60,948 nucleotides of DNA from Verrucomicrobiota bacterium (GCA_038209745.1 JBBQXJ010000018.1:1-60948); one strand, 5' to 3'; counted from the first letter of the stretch, positions 1 to 11,201 are shown. Made by a program: numbers and translations. Notes: generated by a model from the letters alone, not told the origin.

Positions 1-155
1 GAGAGAGGGGACAGAAGATTTGAAGACCGGAGAAATCCGCCGCGCCCGCCGTCCTCACCAGAACTAGATCGCCGGCCACATGGAACCGCGCGATCTGTTT
101 GTTCCCGCTCAAACTGCCGACTTGGCCCTCCCTTCAGGCCAGTCGACCGGGTCGA

Positions 156-302
156 TCACTGGTTCTGCGGAGGGGCTGGGTCGGAGTTTTCTGACGGCGG
201 TGCTTTGGCGGATTCGACCTTGCGACGGAGCTTGTCCTGCTTCTTAGCCTTCTTGTCCAATTCCCGCCGCCGCTTTTCAAACTGATAGTTGGGTGATGCC
301 AT
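156..302 (-). CDS. Small basic protein, 48 aa (MASPNYQFEKRRRELDKKAKKQDKLRRK...), not in the ORF track
   Basis: Hand translation ATG(302)..TGA(156). The PNYQFEKR.RE..KK pattern resembles a widespread small hypothetical family (recalled, not searched). Confidence 0.65.
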   Translation of the reverse strand: MASPNYQFEKRRRELDKKAKKQDKLRRKVESAKAPPSENSDPAPPQNQ

Positions 303-538
303 GCTCGGAACTTTACTCCGAATTCATGGGGGGGGTGCAAGTCTAGTGACGCGAAGCGCCTCATTCCGGCCATTTTCCATGAAGAAACGGGTGCGTTTGT
401 AGCGTGCCGCGTCGTTCGAGTGGTCTTTACGAGGAGAAGTCGGGATCGCGGCAGAAGCCAATCGTCCTCAAGCGAGCGAACCGAGAGTCGCGGGTGGAAA
501 CCGATTGCCGGACCGGGGCTGGGTCGCAAACTGAGCCC

Positions 539-1426
539 ATGACCCGCCGCCAGTTTCTCGCCACCGGCGCCGCCGGATTGGCCGGACTCTCCTCCGCTCC
601 CGAGCTGCTTTCCGCCGAGGCCGGAGGCGTCCGGAACAAGATCATCGGCTTCACCAAGCCTTTCGACAGCCTCAGCCCGGAAGCCACGGCCGATCTCGTG
701 GCGGACGTCGGCTGGGACGGCGTGGAGCTGGGGATCCGCAAATATCGAGGCCACGTGCAGCCGGAGAAGGTGGACGACGATTTGCCGCGCATGGCCGAGG
801 CGTTCAAGCGGCGGGGCCAGGAGATCACCATCGCGACCACGGAGATCACGGAACTGAGCCCCTTGAACGAGCGGGTGCTTCGGGCCGTGGCCAAGTCGGG
901 CATCGGGCTCGTGCGGCTGGGGTTCTTCCACTACACCAAGGATCCACCGTTGGAAAAGCAGCTCGCGGAGGTGGGCGCGCGGCTCAAGGACGTCGCCGCT
1001 CTTTGTCGGGAGCTCGGGCTGAAGGCGGGGTTCCAGAACCACTCCGGGGTGGACATGGTGGGCGCGGGTATTTGGGACGCGTGGTCGGCGATCAAGGCTC
1101 TGCCGGAGATCGGATTCTGCTTCGACATCGGCCACGCAACGGTCGAAGGCGGTCTCTCTTGGCCGACGGAGGCGCGGTTGGCCCGGCCGAAGTTTGTGGC
1201 GGTCTATCTGAAGGATTTTCTCTGGAAGAAGGGCGCAAAGGGATGGGACGCGAAGTGGGTTCCGCTGGGCGAGGGCATGGTGGATCCGGAGTTCTTCAAG
1301 TGGCTTCGGTCGACGAACTACACCGGCCCGATCTGCCAGCACCACGAGTATGACTATGGTTCCGGAGAAGTGCTGCGGAAGCATCTGAAGGACGACTTCG
1401 CCACTTTGAAGCGGTGGTTGGCGTAG
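539..1426 (+). CDS. Tat-exported sugar-phosphate isomerase/epimerase (xylose isomerase-like TIM barrel)
   Basis: MTRRQFL twin-arginine leader from ATG 539; GWDGVEL, QNH, FDIGH, LKD and PLGEG motifs. Confidence 0.85.
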   Translation: MTRRQFLATGAAGLAGLSSAPELLSAEAGGVRNKIIGFTKPFDSLSPEATADLVADVGWDGVELGIRKYRGHVQPEKVDDDLPRMAEAFKRRGQEITIATTEITELSPLNERVLRAVAKSGIGLVRLGFFHYTKDPPLEKQLAEVGARLKDVAALCRELGLKAGFQNHSGVDMVGAGIWDAWSAIKALPEIGFCFDIGHATVEGGLSWPTEARLARPKFVAVYLKDFLWKKGAKGWDAKWVPLGEGMVDPEFFKWLRSTNYTGPICQHHEYDYGSGEVLRKHLKDDFATLKRWLA

Positions 1427-1667
1427 AATGCGAAAACGAGGGGAGGGGAGCCGGAGGACCGAGTTGCGGGCGATGGATCGGCTTCGAAATGGTGGGCTTC
1501 GTCATCGTGCCGGATCGTCCGAAGCGGCGTCCTTCCTCCAGGGCCGTCCATGACAAAACAGTCATCCCATCTTCAAGCTCCGTTCATCTTTGTGGGCCAC
1601 GCTGGGACCGTTGGAAACGAATCCAAAGGCACATCAATCCACCAACATCTAAATACAATACCCTGTT

Positions 1668-2153
1668 ATGAAGCTGAACAGAATCATCCGCCACACCGCC
1701 GCGTTCGCCCTCTCCGTCGGTCTCGCCGCTGCGGCGCTCGCCGGCGAAGAAGTGAAGATCACGATGGACAAGGTTCCCGCCGCCGTGAAGGAAGCCGTCA
1801 AGGCCTACGCGACCGGGACCGAGATCAAAGGCATCGAAGAGAGCGACGTGGACGGCACGAAAGTCATCGAGTTCGACATCGAGAAGAACGGCAAGGCGTC
1901 CGAAATCGCCTTCCGTCCGGACGGAAGGCTTTTCAGCACGGAGAGCGAGGTCGCGCTGGCCGATCTGCCCGAGGCCGTTCAGAAAACCATCGCCAAGAAG
2001 AGCAAGAAGGCCACGGTTGGAAAGCCCGACAAGGTCGTCCAGGAAGGCAAGACCACTTACGAGGTCGTGATCGCTAAGAAGGGCAAGAAGATCGAGTATA
2101 CGATCACGCCCGAGGGCAAAATCATCAGCCAGGAAGCGGCCGGCAAGGACTAG
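1668..2153 (+). CDS. Secreted PepSY-like/BLIP-like repeat protein
   Basis: Signal peptide ending ALA; two VPAAVK/LPEAVQ...YE...PDG/PEG repeats. Confidence 0.75.
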   Translation: MKLNRIIRHTAAFALSVGLAAAALAGEEVKITMDKVPAAVKEAVKAYATGTEIKGIEESDVDGTKVIEFDIEKNGKASEIAFRPDGRLFSTESEVALADLPEAVQKTIAKKSKKATVGKPDKVVQEGKTTYEVVIAKKGKKIEYTITPEGKIISQEAAGKD

Positions 2154-2313
2154 GCCGGACAGGCTCCCGGAAACCGGGCCGCGTCGGGATTTCGGCGCGG
2201 CCCGACCCGCTGGGATGGAACGGACGGCGGGGGTGGAGCGAGGATCCAGCCAGCCCCCGAAGTCTGGGCGATTCCCGGTGGCGGGCGTGGTTCGGTCCAG
2301 CCAGACTCGTCCC

Positions 2314-4134
2314 GTGGCCGGCCTCGTTTCCCAGCACGTTCTCGAGCAGATTCGTCATGCCAGCGACATCGTGGATGTCGTGGGCGGCTATGTGCCGTTG
2401 AAGCGCGCGGGGGCGAACTTCCAGGCGCTCTGTCCGTTCCACAAGGAGAAGACCCCGAGCTTCAATGTGAACCCCTCGAAGCAGACCTACCACTGCTTCG
2501 GTTGCGGCAAGGGCGGCGACGTCTTCCGCTTCATCCAGGACTACGAGACGCTGCCCTTCATGGACGCGGTGCGGCGGTTGGCGGAGCGCGCGAAGATCCC
2601 GCTGGATATGGACAACAACCCCGCCGCCCAACAGGCGCGGGCGGTGAAGGACACGCTGCTCCAGATCCACGAGCAGATCACCCAGCGCTGGCAGGCCGCG
2701 CTCACCCAGGAAGGGGGCCAGATCGCCCGCGACTACATCGCCAAGCGGCAGATTTCGCCCGAAGCGATCGAGCTCTTCCGGATCGGCTATGCGCCGGATT
2801 CGTGGGACGACACGATCAACTGGGGCCGGAGCAAGGGCTACGAATCGGCGATCCTCGAACAGGCGGGCTTGGTGGTCCGCAAGGAAGACAGCGACCGTTC
2901 CTACGACCGGTTCCGCGGCCGGCTGATGTTCCCCATCTGCGACGAACAGGGGCGCGTGATCGGCTTCAGCGGACGCGTCCTGACCGGTGACGAGAAGACG
3001 GCGAAATATTTGAACTCGCCGGAGACGCCGCTCTTCACCAAGGGCCGCGTCATCTTCGGCTTGGACAAGTCGAAGCGTGCGATTCTCGACGCGAAGACGG
3101 CCATCGTTTGCGAGGGCCAGTTGGATCTGATCGCGTGTTTCATGGCAGGGGTGAAGAACGTCGTGGCGCCGCAGGGCACGGCCTTCACGCCGGACCAGGC
3201 GCGCGTGATCAAGCGCTACGCGGACGAGGTGGTGCTGTGTTTCGACGCGGACAACGCGGGCCAAAACGCGGCGGCGAAGGCGTTGGATCCATTGCTGGCC
3301 GCCGGACTCAGCGTGCGGGTCATGAGCATCCCGAGCGGGAAGGATCCGGACGAGTTCATCCGTGAAAACGGCGGCGACGCCTTTGCGGAGCTCGTGGGAA
3401 ATGCGGGCGGGTTCTTCGACTGGTATCTGGACCGGTTGGCCGCGACGAACGATCTGTCGTCGGACAAAGGCCGGGTGGCCGTGGTGCGGGCGATGTCGGA
3501 AGCCGTCCACAAGGCCGGCAGCGGCGTGCTCTACGACACCTATGCCCAGAAGACCGCGCTGCGGCTGGGGGTGTCGCCCGACTCGATGCGGATGGAGTTC
3601 CGCAAGGCCGGCCGAACGGCCGCTCCGGCGCCGCTGCCCATGGAGGACGAGGAGTTCGAGGGATCCTTCGAGGAGCAGGAGGTGCTGAAGGCGCCGCCGT
3701 CCGAGGAACTGCTGCTGCGGCTCTTGTTGGAGCACGACGACCTCGTCGAGCAGGTGGAGCCGCTTTTGAAGTTGGAATGGTTTACCCACGATGTCGCCCG
3801 CTCGGCGGTCGAGCTGCGGTTTGGCCTGTGGCGCGAAGGCTCGTGGCATGGCGCGGCGGCGTGGATCGGGCCGATGGAGGGTGGACCGCTTCTCAGCCTG
3901 TTGACGGAAACCCTGGCCTCGCCGGTGCCCGCGGGCGATCCGGCGGCGATCGTCTTCGGCGCGCAAAAGCGGGCGGGGATCCTGTCCATCCTACGGGACA
4001 AGTTCGTGGACGCGCAGATCGCGACGATCAGCCAGCGTCTGCGCGATCCGGAGTTGGCGGACGAAGACGCGGACCATCTGACGCGCCACAAGCTGGAGCT
4101 GCGGCTGTTGAAGGGTCAACCGCTGGGAGAATGA
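2314..4134 (+). CDS. dnaG: DNA primase
   Basis: CHC2 zinc finger CPFH..CFGC, FRGRLMFPI, KYLNSPET, TOPRIM EG..D and FDAD; GTG start at 2314 inferred. Confidence 0.97.
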   Translation: MAGLVSQHVLEQIRHASDIVDVVGGYVPLKRAGANFQALCPFHKEKTPSFNVNPSKQTYHCFGCGKGGDVFRFIQDYETLPFMDAVRRLAERAKIPLDMDNNPAAQQARAVKDTLLQIHEQITQRWQAALTQEGGQIARDYIAKRQISPEAIELFRIGYAPDSWDDTINWGRSKGYESAILEQAGLVVRKEDSDRSYDRFRGRLMFPICDEQGRVIGFSGRVLTGDEKTAKYLNSPETPLFTKGRVIFGLDKSKRAILDAKTAIVCEGQLDLIACFMAGVKNVVAPQGTAFTPDQARVIKRYADEVVLCFDADNAGQNAAAKALDPLLAAGLSVRVMSIPSGKDPDEFIRENGGDAFAELVGNAGGFFDWYLDRLAATNDLSSDKGRVAVVRAMSEAVHKAGSGVLYDTYAQKTALRLGVSPDSMRMEFRKAGRTAAPAPLPMEDEEFEGSFEEQEVLKAPPSEELLLRLLLEHDDLVEQVEPLLKLEWFTHDVARSAVELRFGLWREGSWHGAAAWIGPMEGGPLLSLLTETLASPVPAGDPAAIVFGAQKRAGILSILRDKFVDAQIATISQRLRDPELADEDADHLTRHKLELRLLKGQPLGE

Positions 4135-4147
4135 CGCCGCGCCCGTC

Positions 4148-7100
4148 CTACGGGCGCACTTGGAGACGGATGATGCCGGAGTTGGATTGCGCAGCGGACG
4201 GGAGTTCCAGCTCACCCACGGTGTTGGTCGCGCGCAGCCAATCGCGGAGAATGTTCCAGGTGGCCAGGTCGGTGGTCTGCTGGAGCCGGTAGGAAAGACC
4301 GATGGTCTGGGACCAACGCAACACGACGCCGTTGGCGGAGGCCATGGGTTCGGCGTCGAGCGACAGAAAGGATGCCGGATCCTTCGGATCGGTGCCGGCG
4401 AGGAATTCGTCGCGGTCCGAAAACCCGTCGTGGTCGGAATCGCGCGAGGGCGGATAGACGGGATCGACCTTGCCGAAGTGGGCCATTTCCCAGAGGTCGG
4501 AGATGCCGTTGGTGTTGGAGTCGGGGAAGACGTAGTTCGCCGAGAAGGTCGCGGTGCCGTCCTGCACCAGCGTCTGGGTGGCGGGTGGCGGCGTCAGGTA
4601 GTTCGTCACGGTGTTCCACGTGAGGGTGTAGTCGCCGGGCGGCACGTTGGTGAAGCCGACTCTGTAGCCGGCGCCGACGAGATTGGTGGGACCGGCCAGC
4701 GTGAAGGTCGCCTGCGAGAGGTTGTTGGTCACTCGGATCACGCTGCCTGTCTTGGGGTCGACGGTCTCGATGCGGACGTCGTCGACCAGCCAGCCCGGGC
4801 GGTTCTCGGGCGAGAAGGAGAGCAATTCGTAGTAGAACGCGATGCGGACGACGCTGCCCACGTAGGGCGTCAGGCTGAGCACGTGCTCTTCCCAGCCGGC
4901 GCTCGATGGATTCGAGGAGAGATCCTCGAGGAGGATCCAGGCAGCACCGCTGTTGGTGGTGATGTAGACTTGGGCGATCTCGCCGATGTCCGAGCTATAC
5001 GCGGGGAAACCATAGGCGGTCTGGAACCGCAGGGTCGAGGCGGCCAGGCCGTTGAGATCGATGCCGGGGGCGATGAGCATGGAATGGGACTGGTCGTAGC
5101 TGCCGCCCATGAGATTGATGCCCCAGACCTTGCTGCCGGAATAGGCCGTCACGCCGAGCGGGCCGGACGGTGTGCCGAGCTCCCAGCTCTTGGAGGAGCC
5201 TTCGCCGTCCACGACCGTCCAGTTGGTCGCGGAGTTCTCCAGGTTGTCGAACCACGGAGGGACGATCGGTTTCAGGGTGCGTAGGGTGTAGAGGCGGCCG
5301 CCGTTGTTATCGACCACGGTGTTGCCCGCCTCGTCGCGGCTGACGAGCTGGTAGTAGTAGAGCCGGTCGGGAGCCAGACCCGAGAGGGAGAGCGTGTGGA
5401 CGACGTCGAAGTCGGCCGTGTATTCCGTCCGTCCGAGGAACGTCGATTCTCCGTACTGGACCAGCGCATCGGCGGCCTCGTCGGTGTTCCAGCCGATGAC
5501 GGCCTCGCCGTATTCCACCTGGATGTTCCGGCCGGTGATGACCGGCGGGGCGACGTCGACCACGGCCCGGGCGCGCACGGTTTGGCCGGCGGAGGCGTCG
5601 GCGTATTCGATCCAGAGGTCGTCACCGGCAGCGGCGCGGAGACGGTTGCCGCTGGGAGTGCTGCTGCCGGGGTCGATCGGCACCGTGCCTCGGAACAATC
5701 CTTTGCGGACCGTCTCGTGCAGGACCACGGCGACGCCGTTGGTGAGCGTGGTGCTGAAGGCCTTGACGGTGACGCTGCCAGTGCCGGCGAGGTCTTCGTC
5801 GCCCACTTCCACGATCATCTGCGAGGGCAGGGTGTAGGCGCCACGATCGAGGGCGAGGTTGCCGATGCCGTTGAGTCCGGGCACGAGGAAGCTCAGGGCG
5901 CGTCCCAGCACGGTGGATCGGTTGTCCGGCGCGGGATCGGTCATTGAGATCGCCTCCAGCGGGAACGACATCAACAGCGTGCGGTTGGTGCTGTCCTGGC
6001 CCACGCGGGGAAACCGGACTCCGCCCGCCTGGAAGCTCGCGGTGTCGAGGAACACCGGAGCGGCATTGGTGTAGGCGTGGACCGTATCGGACACGTCGGG
6101 GCCGAGATCGAGGGCCTCGAAGCTGGGGAACCGGGTGTAGTCGAGGCTGAGGAGCATGCCGGACGAAACCGGATCGCCGTCCACCCCTTCGACCTGGGGC
6201 AGTTTCACGTCGGCATTGAACGAGCGGACCTTGAAGACATTGGTCACGAAATTGAACGCCCCGTCGTTGGTCAGGCGGCTGAGGATCTCCATCGAAGCCA
6301 TCATGAAGGAGCCGCCCGTGTTGAGGTAGTTCGTGATGGCGGTGCGCTCGGACAGGTTGAGGGAGTTGTTCGGCACCCAGAAACTGTCGTTCACGCGCCA
6401 GAGCACGCAGCGGAAGGGCGAGAGGTCGGCGGCGGTGGGCGAGCGGCCCTGGTCCGCGACGTTCCAGACATCGAAGCCCACGCCGATCTGCCGCAGCGCG
6501 TCGGTGTATTCGCTCACGGGAATGGGCGCCGTGTCGTCCAGTCCGCCGCTGTCGGCGTAGCTGTTCACCACCAGCACCGGCGGAGCGCCCAGCGCGATGA
6601 GACTGAAGAGCTGACCTGCGTTGTCGTTGGTCCGGATGTTGCCCGCCTCGTCCGAGGAAACGACGTAGAACTGATAGCTTTGATTGCGCTCCAGTTTGGA
6701 CAGCGGGACGGAATGGGACGTGGCGAATCCGCGATTCGTGACGAGCTGGGTGACCGTTCCGGCCGGGCCGAAGACAACCAGGGAGGTGGCCGGTTCGTCC
6801 GTGGTCCAGTGTACGGCGGTGCGGCCGAACTGCGCGTCCGTCCCGACCGCGCCGATGACCGGGGCGGTGAGATCGGCGACCGCATGGGCGGTGCGGGCCA
6901 GCGCCGGGCTGGCATCCTGGTAGGTGGCCGTGATCGCACCGCCGTCGGCGATCTGGAGACGGCCATCGACGGCGGCGGCTCCGAGAACGGTCGCGATGGA
7001 ATTGGTGAAGACGCCGCCGGTGCCGCTGGCGACGAGGGTGATCGATTCGCCGGCGGTTTCGATCGAGCTGCTGATCAGGACGCTCGCGGTCGGATGGCCG

Positions 7101-9274
7101 GCGAGATCCGGATCGATGAGCTTGAGGCGGATCGTGTCGGGTGCGCGGTAGGCGCCGCGATCCATGAAGACCACGCCCACGCCGGGCAGCGGCAGATCGC
7201 CGGAGGCCACGAGGGCGAAGTCCTGGTCAACCGCCGCCGTGTCGCCGCGGGCGTCGTCGATCACGGCATGGGCGCGGATGCGGACGATGTATTCACCCGC
7301 GGGCGGTTGGGAGAGTCGGACGGCCTCGACGTTGTTGATGCGGTCCGGAGAACCGCCGGGCACGGATTCACCACGATCGAAGACGTTGCCGCGGAGAATT
7401 TCTCCATTGGGCGTGACGACTTCCAGATCGAGGTCGTTGACCAGCGCGGGAATGACGGCGGGAAAACCGGGCACATCGGTGTAGGCGAGGGTGATCTTCA
7501 GCGGTTCACCGGAAGTGGCCACGGTGACGCGGTGTTCCCAGACGGCGCCCTGGACCAGGGTGTTCGTCTCCTCGACGAAGTCGTGCCGACGCGGCGAACC
7601 GATCAACTTGGTGAGATCCACACGGCCCCAGCCTTCGTCCTGGTTGGGCGTCGGCCCGGTGCCCCAGAAGTCGTCCATGTCCTGCGCGCTGTCGATGAGC
7701 GCCGCTTTCACCAGCGCTGGCGAAGGCGTCGCCCCGTTGTGGGTCTCGCGGTAATACTGCACGAAGACGGCGGCGGCCCCGGAGACGTGGGGCCCGGCCT
7801 GGCTGGTGCCGCCCTGATATTGGTAGTTCGCGGAGATCGCGCCCCAGGCGTATTGGTCGGTGGCGGAGGAAGATTGCAGCGAGGCGATCCAGGTGCCGGG
7901 CGCGGTGACGTCGGGCTTGATCCGGCCGTCCTCGGCGGGGCCGCGACTGGAGAAATCGGCCATCGCATTGATGTCGTCCACGTAGACCAAAAGATCGGGG
8001 CGATCATTTTCCGATGCGCCGGTGGCGATGACGTTCTTGGCGACGGCGGGCGAGCCGATGGTCTGGTTGCCGGGACCGGCGTTGCCGGCGGAGAATTCGA
8101 GGATGTAGGGCTGGTCGCCGGGTGTCTCAGCGTCGGCGTCGCGGACCAGACCGTCGAATTCCCGGGCGGAAAGATCGTAGCGGCCCTGGGTGTCGTCGCC
8201 CCAGGAATTCGACCCGATGACGGCTCCGGCTCGGACGGCGTCGCGGGTGAGGATCCCCATCGTGGCGGGCGGTTCATAGCCGCCGACGGCGTCGAAAATC
8301 CGCTGGGCGACGATGCTCGCGCCGGGCGCCACGCCCAGGCCGTAGAGGAAGCCTTTGTCGTCCACTTCGCCCAATGAACCGTTGCCCGCGATGATCCCGG
8401 AACAATGGGTTCCGTGGCTGTGCTCGTCCGCCGCGCTGTCGAGCGCGCCATAGAAGAAGAAGGCCGGCGTGCGCCCGAAGAGATCAGGATGCATCGTTGC
8501 GGCGATCCCGTCGTCCAGGCCGCTGTCCGCCACCGCGACCGTCACGCCCGCGCCGTCGAAGCCCAGCTGGTTCACGGCCGAACGGGTGCCGGGAGTGCCC
8601 GTCGAACCGCCCACGATCTTGGAGGACACTTCGTCGAAGAGGGTCGGCCGGGGCGTGTTTTCGATCCAGAGGACGGCGTCGGAGGAGGCGAGCCGGGCCA
8701 GTTGAAGGCCGGTGACATTCGCTTCCAGAACGACGCCCCAACGCGACGCGCTGGCGACGCGGACGGACTTGAGAATCTGGCGCAAACCCGCGAGGTCGGC
8801 GTTCGAAGGCTTGGGCGGAAGCAGGATGCGGACGGGCGCGGTGCCGTTCAGCGCCGGGAGCCGGATGCCGCGGAAGACCTTGTGCGCGGGACGGTAGTCG
8901 CCCACCCACTGGACAAAGGGAAGGGCCAGGAGGCGGGAGGACGAGACTCCGTTCATCCGGGCGACGAAGGTGTCGGTCGGCACGCTTTGGAGGAGTTCCA
9001 CGCCGTTCGTCCGGAGCGTCTCGCGCCAGACGGGTTCGAGAGGGCCGGTGAATTGGAGGAGGCGGAGCCCGGTCAGCGGAGGCTGCGCGAGTGAAGTTTG
9101 AGCGACGAGCGACTTGGCCGGCGGGGAGAAGGTCTCGTTGCGGAGACGGACGGGCTTCGAATCGGCGGCGAGAGACGACACTGCGGCCGCGCCCAAGAGG
9201 AACAGCAGGGCCCAACAAACACCACGCCGGGAGATCACGGAGGAAACTGTAGAGTCGGGAATCGTCGGACACAA
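4148..9274 (-). CDS. Large secreted S8 (subtilisin-like) serine peptidase with FN3-like and other accessory domains
   Basis: Catalytic triad motifs VADSG, HGTH, GTSQAGP; signal peptide; two WTTDE/WNTDE FN3-like modules; DSDHDG..D..E...GTDP Ca-binding-like motif. Confidence 0.92.
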   Translation of the reverse strand: MCPTIPDSTVSSVISRRGVCWALLFLLGAAAVSSLAADSKPVRLRNETFSPPAKSLVAQTSLAQPPLTGLRLLQFTGPLEPVWRETLRTNGVELLQSVPTDTFVARMNGVSSSRLLALPFVQWVGDYRPAHKVFRGIRLPALNGTAPVRILLPPKPSNADLAGLRQILKSVRVASASRWGVVLEANVTGLQLARLASSDAVLWIENTPRPTLFDEVSSKIVGGSTGTPGTRSAVNQLGFDGAGVTVAVADSGLDDGIAATMHPDLFGRTPAFFFYGALDSAADEHSHGTHCSGIIAGNGSLGEVDDKGFLYGLGVAPGASIVAQRIFDAVGGYEPPATMGILTRDAVRAGAVIGSNSWGDDTQGRYDLSAREFDGLVRDADAETPGDQPYILEFSAGNAGPGNQTIGSPAVAKNVIATGASENDRPDLLVYVDDINAMADFSSRGPAEDGRIKPDVTAPGTWIASLQSSSATDQYAWGAISANYQYQGGTSQAGPHVSGAAAVFVQYYRETHNGATPSPALVKAALIDSAQDMDDFWGTGPTPNQDEGWGRVDLTKLIGSPRRHDFVEETNTLVQGAVWEHRVTVATSGEPLKITLAYTDVPGFPAVIPALVNDLDLEVVTPNGEILRGNVFDRGESVPGGSPDRINNVEAVRLSQPPAGEYIVRIRAHAVIDDARGDTAAVDQDFALVASGDLPLPGVGVVFMDRGAYRAPDTIRLKLIDPDLAGHPTASVLISSSIETAGESITLVASGTGGVFTNSIATVLGAAAVDGRLQIADGGAITATYQDASPALARTAHAVADLTAPVIGAVGTDAQFGRTAVHWTTDEPATSLVVFGPAGTVTQLVTNRGFATSHSVPLSKLERNQSYQFYVVSSDEAGNIRTNDNAGQLFSLIALGAPPVLVVNSYADSGGLDDTAPIPVSEYTDALRQIGVGFDVWNVADQGRSPTAADLSPFRCVLWRVNDSFWVPNNSLNLSERTAITNYLNTGGSFMMASMEILSRLTNDGAFNFVTNVFKVRSFNADVKLPQVEGVDGDPVSSGMLLSLDYTRFPSFEALDLGPDVSDTVHAYTNAAPVFLDTASFQAGGVRFPRVGQDSTNRTLLMSFPLEAISMTDPAPDNRSTVLGRALSFLVPGLNGIGNLALDRGAYTLPSQMIVEVGDEDLAGTGSVTVKAFSTTLTNGVAVVLHETVRKGLFRGTVPIDPGSSTPSGNRLRAAAGDDLWIEYADASAGQTVRARAVVDVAPPVITGRNIQVEYGEAVIGWNTDEAADALVQYGESTFLGRTEYTADFDVVHTLSLSGLAPDRLYYYQLVSRDEAGNTVVDNNGGRLYTLRTLKPIVPPWFDNLENSATNWTVVDGEGSSKSWELGTPSGPLGVTAYSGSKVWGINLMGGSYDQSHSMLIAPGIDLNGLAASTLRFQTAYGFPAYSSDIGEIAQVYITTNSGAAWILLEDLSSNPSSAGWEEHVLSLTPYVGSVVRIAFYYELLSFSPENRPGWLVDDVRIETVDPKTGSVIRVTNNLSQATFTLAGPTNLVGAGYRVGFTNVPPGDYTLTWNTVTNYLTPPPATQTLVQDGTATFSANYVFPDSNTNGISDLWEMAHFGKVDPVYPPSRDSDHDGFSDRDEFLAGTDPKDPASFLSLDAEPMASANGVVLRWSQTIGLSYRLQQTTDLATWNILRDWLRATNTVGELELPSAAQSNSGIIRLQVRP

Positions 9275-9429
9275 GGAGGGGACTTGGGATGTGGAGGGCG
9301 GACGGTCACGTCCGCGCTCCGGGCCATTGCCCGAAGGTGAACTTGTGGCAGTTTCACTTTGTCGGTTCGCCTGGACCGCCGTTGTCTGGGCGGTTCAACG
9401 AAGATCGGTCCAACGAAAGGCCGTATTGT

Positions 9430-9609
9430 ATGATCGCAATCAAACAGCTCGATCTCAGCTTCGGAGGACGCCGCAACATCCGGGTCCGTCGCCCGAAACA
9501 CGTCAGCCCTCCGCGCGCCGAGTGGTGGTTCCAGCGGATGCGCGAAGCGGTGGAATGCTCCGCCGCGTCCGTCATGGTGCCCGGCGGATCCGACCCCCGC
9601 TCCCGCTGA
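9430..9609 (+). CDS. Small hypothetical protein (QLDLSF...RAEWWFQRMR)
   Basis: ATG 9430, 59 aa, divergent from the S8 gene; the WWF..MR motif resembles small Verrucomicrobia hypotheticals (recalled). Confidence 0.5.
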   Translation: MIAIKQLDLSFGGRRNIRVRRPKHVSPPRAEWWFQRMREAVECSAASVMVPGGSDPRSR

Positions 9610-9698
9610 CGCGGCGGTCCGAAGCCTCGCATATCCGCCAACCTTCCGAGGCGGGTTTCAAACTTGAAGGCCCGATTCGTCCCCGTAGTTTCGTCCTC

Positions 9699-11201
9699 AT
9701 GTTCCATTCTTCGGGGCGATGGTTCGGAGGTCCTTTCGCGCGGTTCAATCGTTTGTTGCTCAAGGGCCACGCGTTGGTCTGGGCGGCGTTGTGGGCTTGG
9801 TGTGTGGCGGAGCCGGGCAGGGCGGAGGAGCCGATCTTCCGCGGGAGTCCTGCGAAGCAGGTGATTCTGGAGAACTGGAACAAATCCGGCTGGGCGTTCT
9901 ACTCGGGCACGAACCGGGCGTTGATCGAGGAACAGATGGGTCCGGATATCGCGGTGCCGGCCTTGGTCTCGATCATGCAGGATTCGGATTGGCTGGGGTC
10001 GTCGACCTATCGGGACCTCTGGACCAAGATGCCGGATTCCATCCGGAGAACGATGCAACCTCCGCGAGGCTATTCCCGAGCGGAACGCGCCCTGTTTATC
10101 CTTGGTCAGTTCGGACCTTGGGCCAGCAATGCCATTCCGGCGCTGGTGCGAGAATTCGAGGGGGGGCGACGACGAGAGGAAACTCGCGGTCGCGGGTGCG
10201 CTCATCGAGATGGCACCGGCTTCCGCAACGGCTGCCGACATCATGGGCCAGAAGCTGGTCGCGGCGGGCCCGGAATCGAAGATCGGGATTCTGCGGCTTC
10301 TGCAACAACTCGGACCGCTGGCTCAAGCCGCCATTACCGAAATCCGCGTCCAAACCCAGGATCGGACGAACGGAGTCCGAGCGGAGGCAGCGTGCGCGCT
10401 GTGGTTGGTTGCGCGGGACACCAACTCTGTGCTAGCCGCCTTGCGCCCGTTGATCCTCGCCGCCGCTCCCGAGACGGCGAATGCGGTGGCAAGGACGCTG
10501 GATGAGATGGGACCGGCGGCGAGGCCGCTGGGACTCGATGTGCTGGCGTCGATTCCGAAGTGGCCGGCCAGCGAGCGGAACGAGATCTTCATGGCGCTGG
10601 GACGTGTCGCGGGTCCGAGGCCCGGGGTCATGGCGTTTCTTCGGTCGACGATTGCGCCGGGATCGACGGAGCCGCCCGAGGCGCTCCGGGCCGCCGTCCT
10701 TGCTCTGGGAGACATTGGGCCGGCGGCGGGAGATTTGGTGCCGGCCTTGATCGCGCTTTGGAATCGGCAGCCACCGTTGTCCTTCGATCAGAAGATGGAC
10801 CGGCAGGAGGCTCCCGTTCGGAATCTGGTCGCGGCCATTATCCAGAGCCTCGGGAAGATTGGTTCCGCCGCGCAACCCGCGCTGCCCATGCTGGAGGAGG
10901 TCTGGCGTCCAAGGGTCAAAAGCCTTTGATCGGGGGCAGCGGTCTGGCGGTCCAGGCGGCGGTCGCGATCTGGCAGATCGACCAGGGGAAGACCCATTCC
11001 GCAGTGGATCTCATCCATGATTGGCGGGAATCGGCGGGTCCGACCTATGAACGGATGGCGACCCGGCGCATCGGTCTGCGGCAGCAGTTGGAGACGTTGT
11101 GGACCTATCAGCCCGAGCTGGTAGAGCTGCTCAAGCAAGGGGATCCCGACTATCTGCGCCGGTTGACCGAGCTGCGCGAGTCCGCCCGGTCGAAGTGGTA
11201 G
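9699..11201 (+). pseudogene. HEAT-repeat protein interrupted by two frameshifts (pseudogene or sequence error)
   Basis: HEAT-like units (AIPALV, LGPLAQAA, MGPAA, IGPAA..VPAL, IGSAA..ALP) continue across three ORF pieces; +1 shift at G7 10160-10166 and -1 shift near 10899. Confidence 0.7.

Noticed and set aside
2175..2204. Terminator after the PepSY-like gene
   Set aside because: A GC stem is present but there is no U-tract; function is unsupported.
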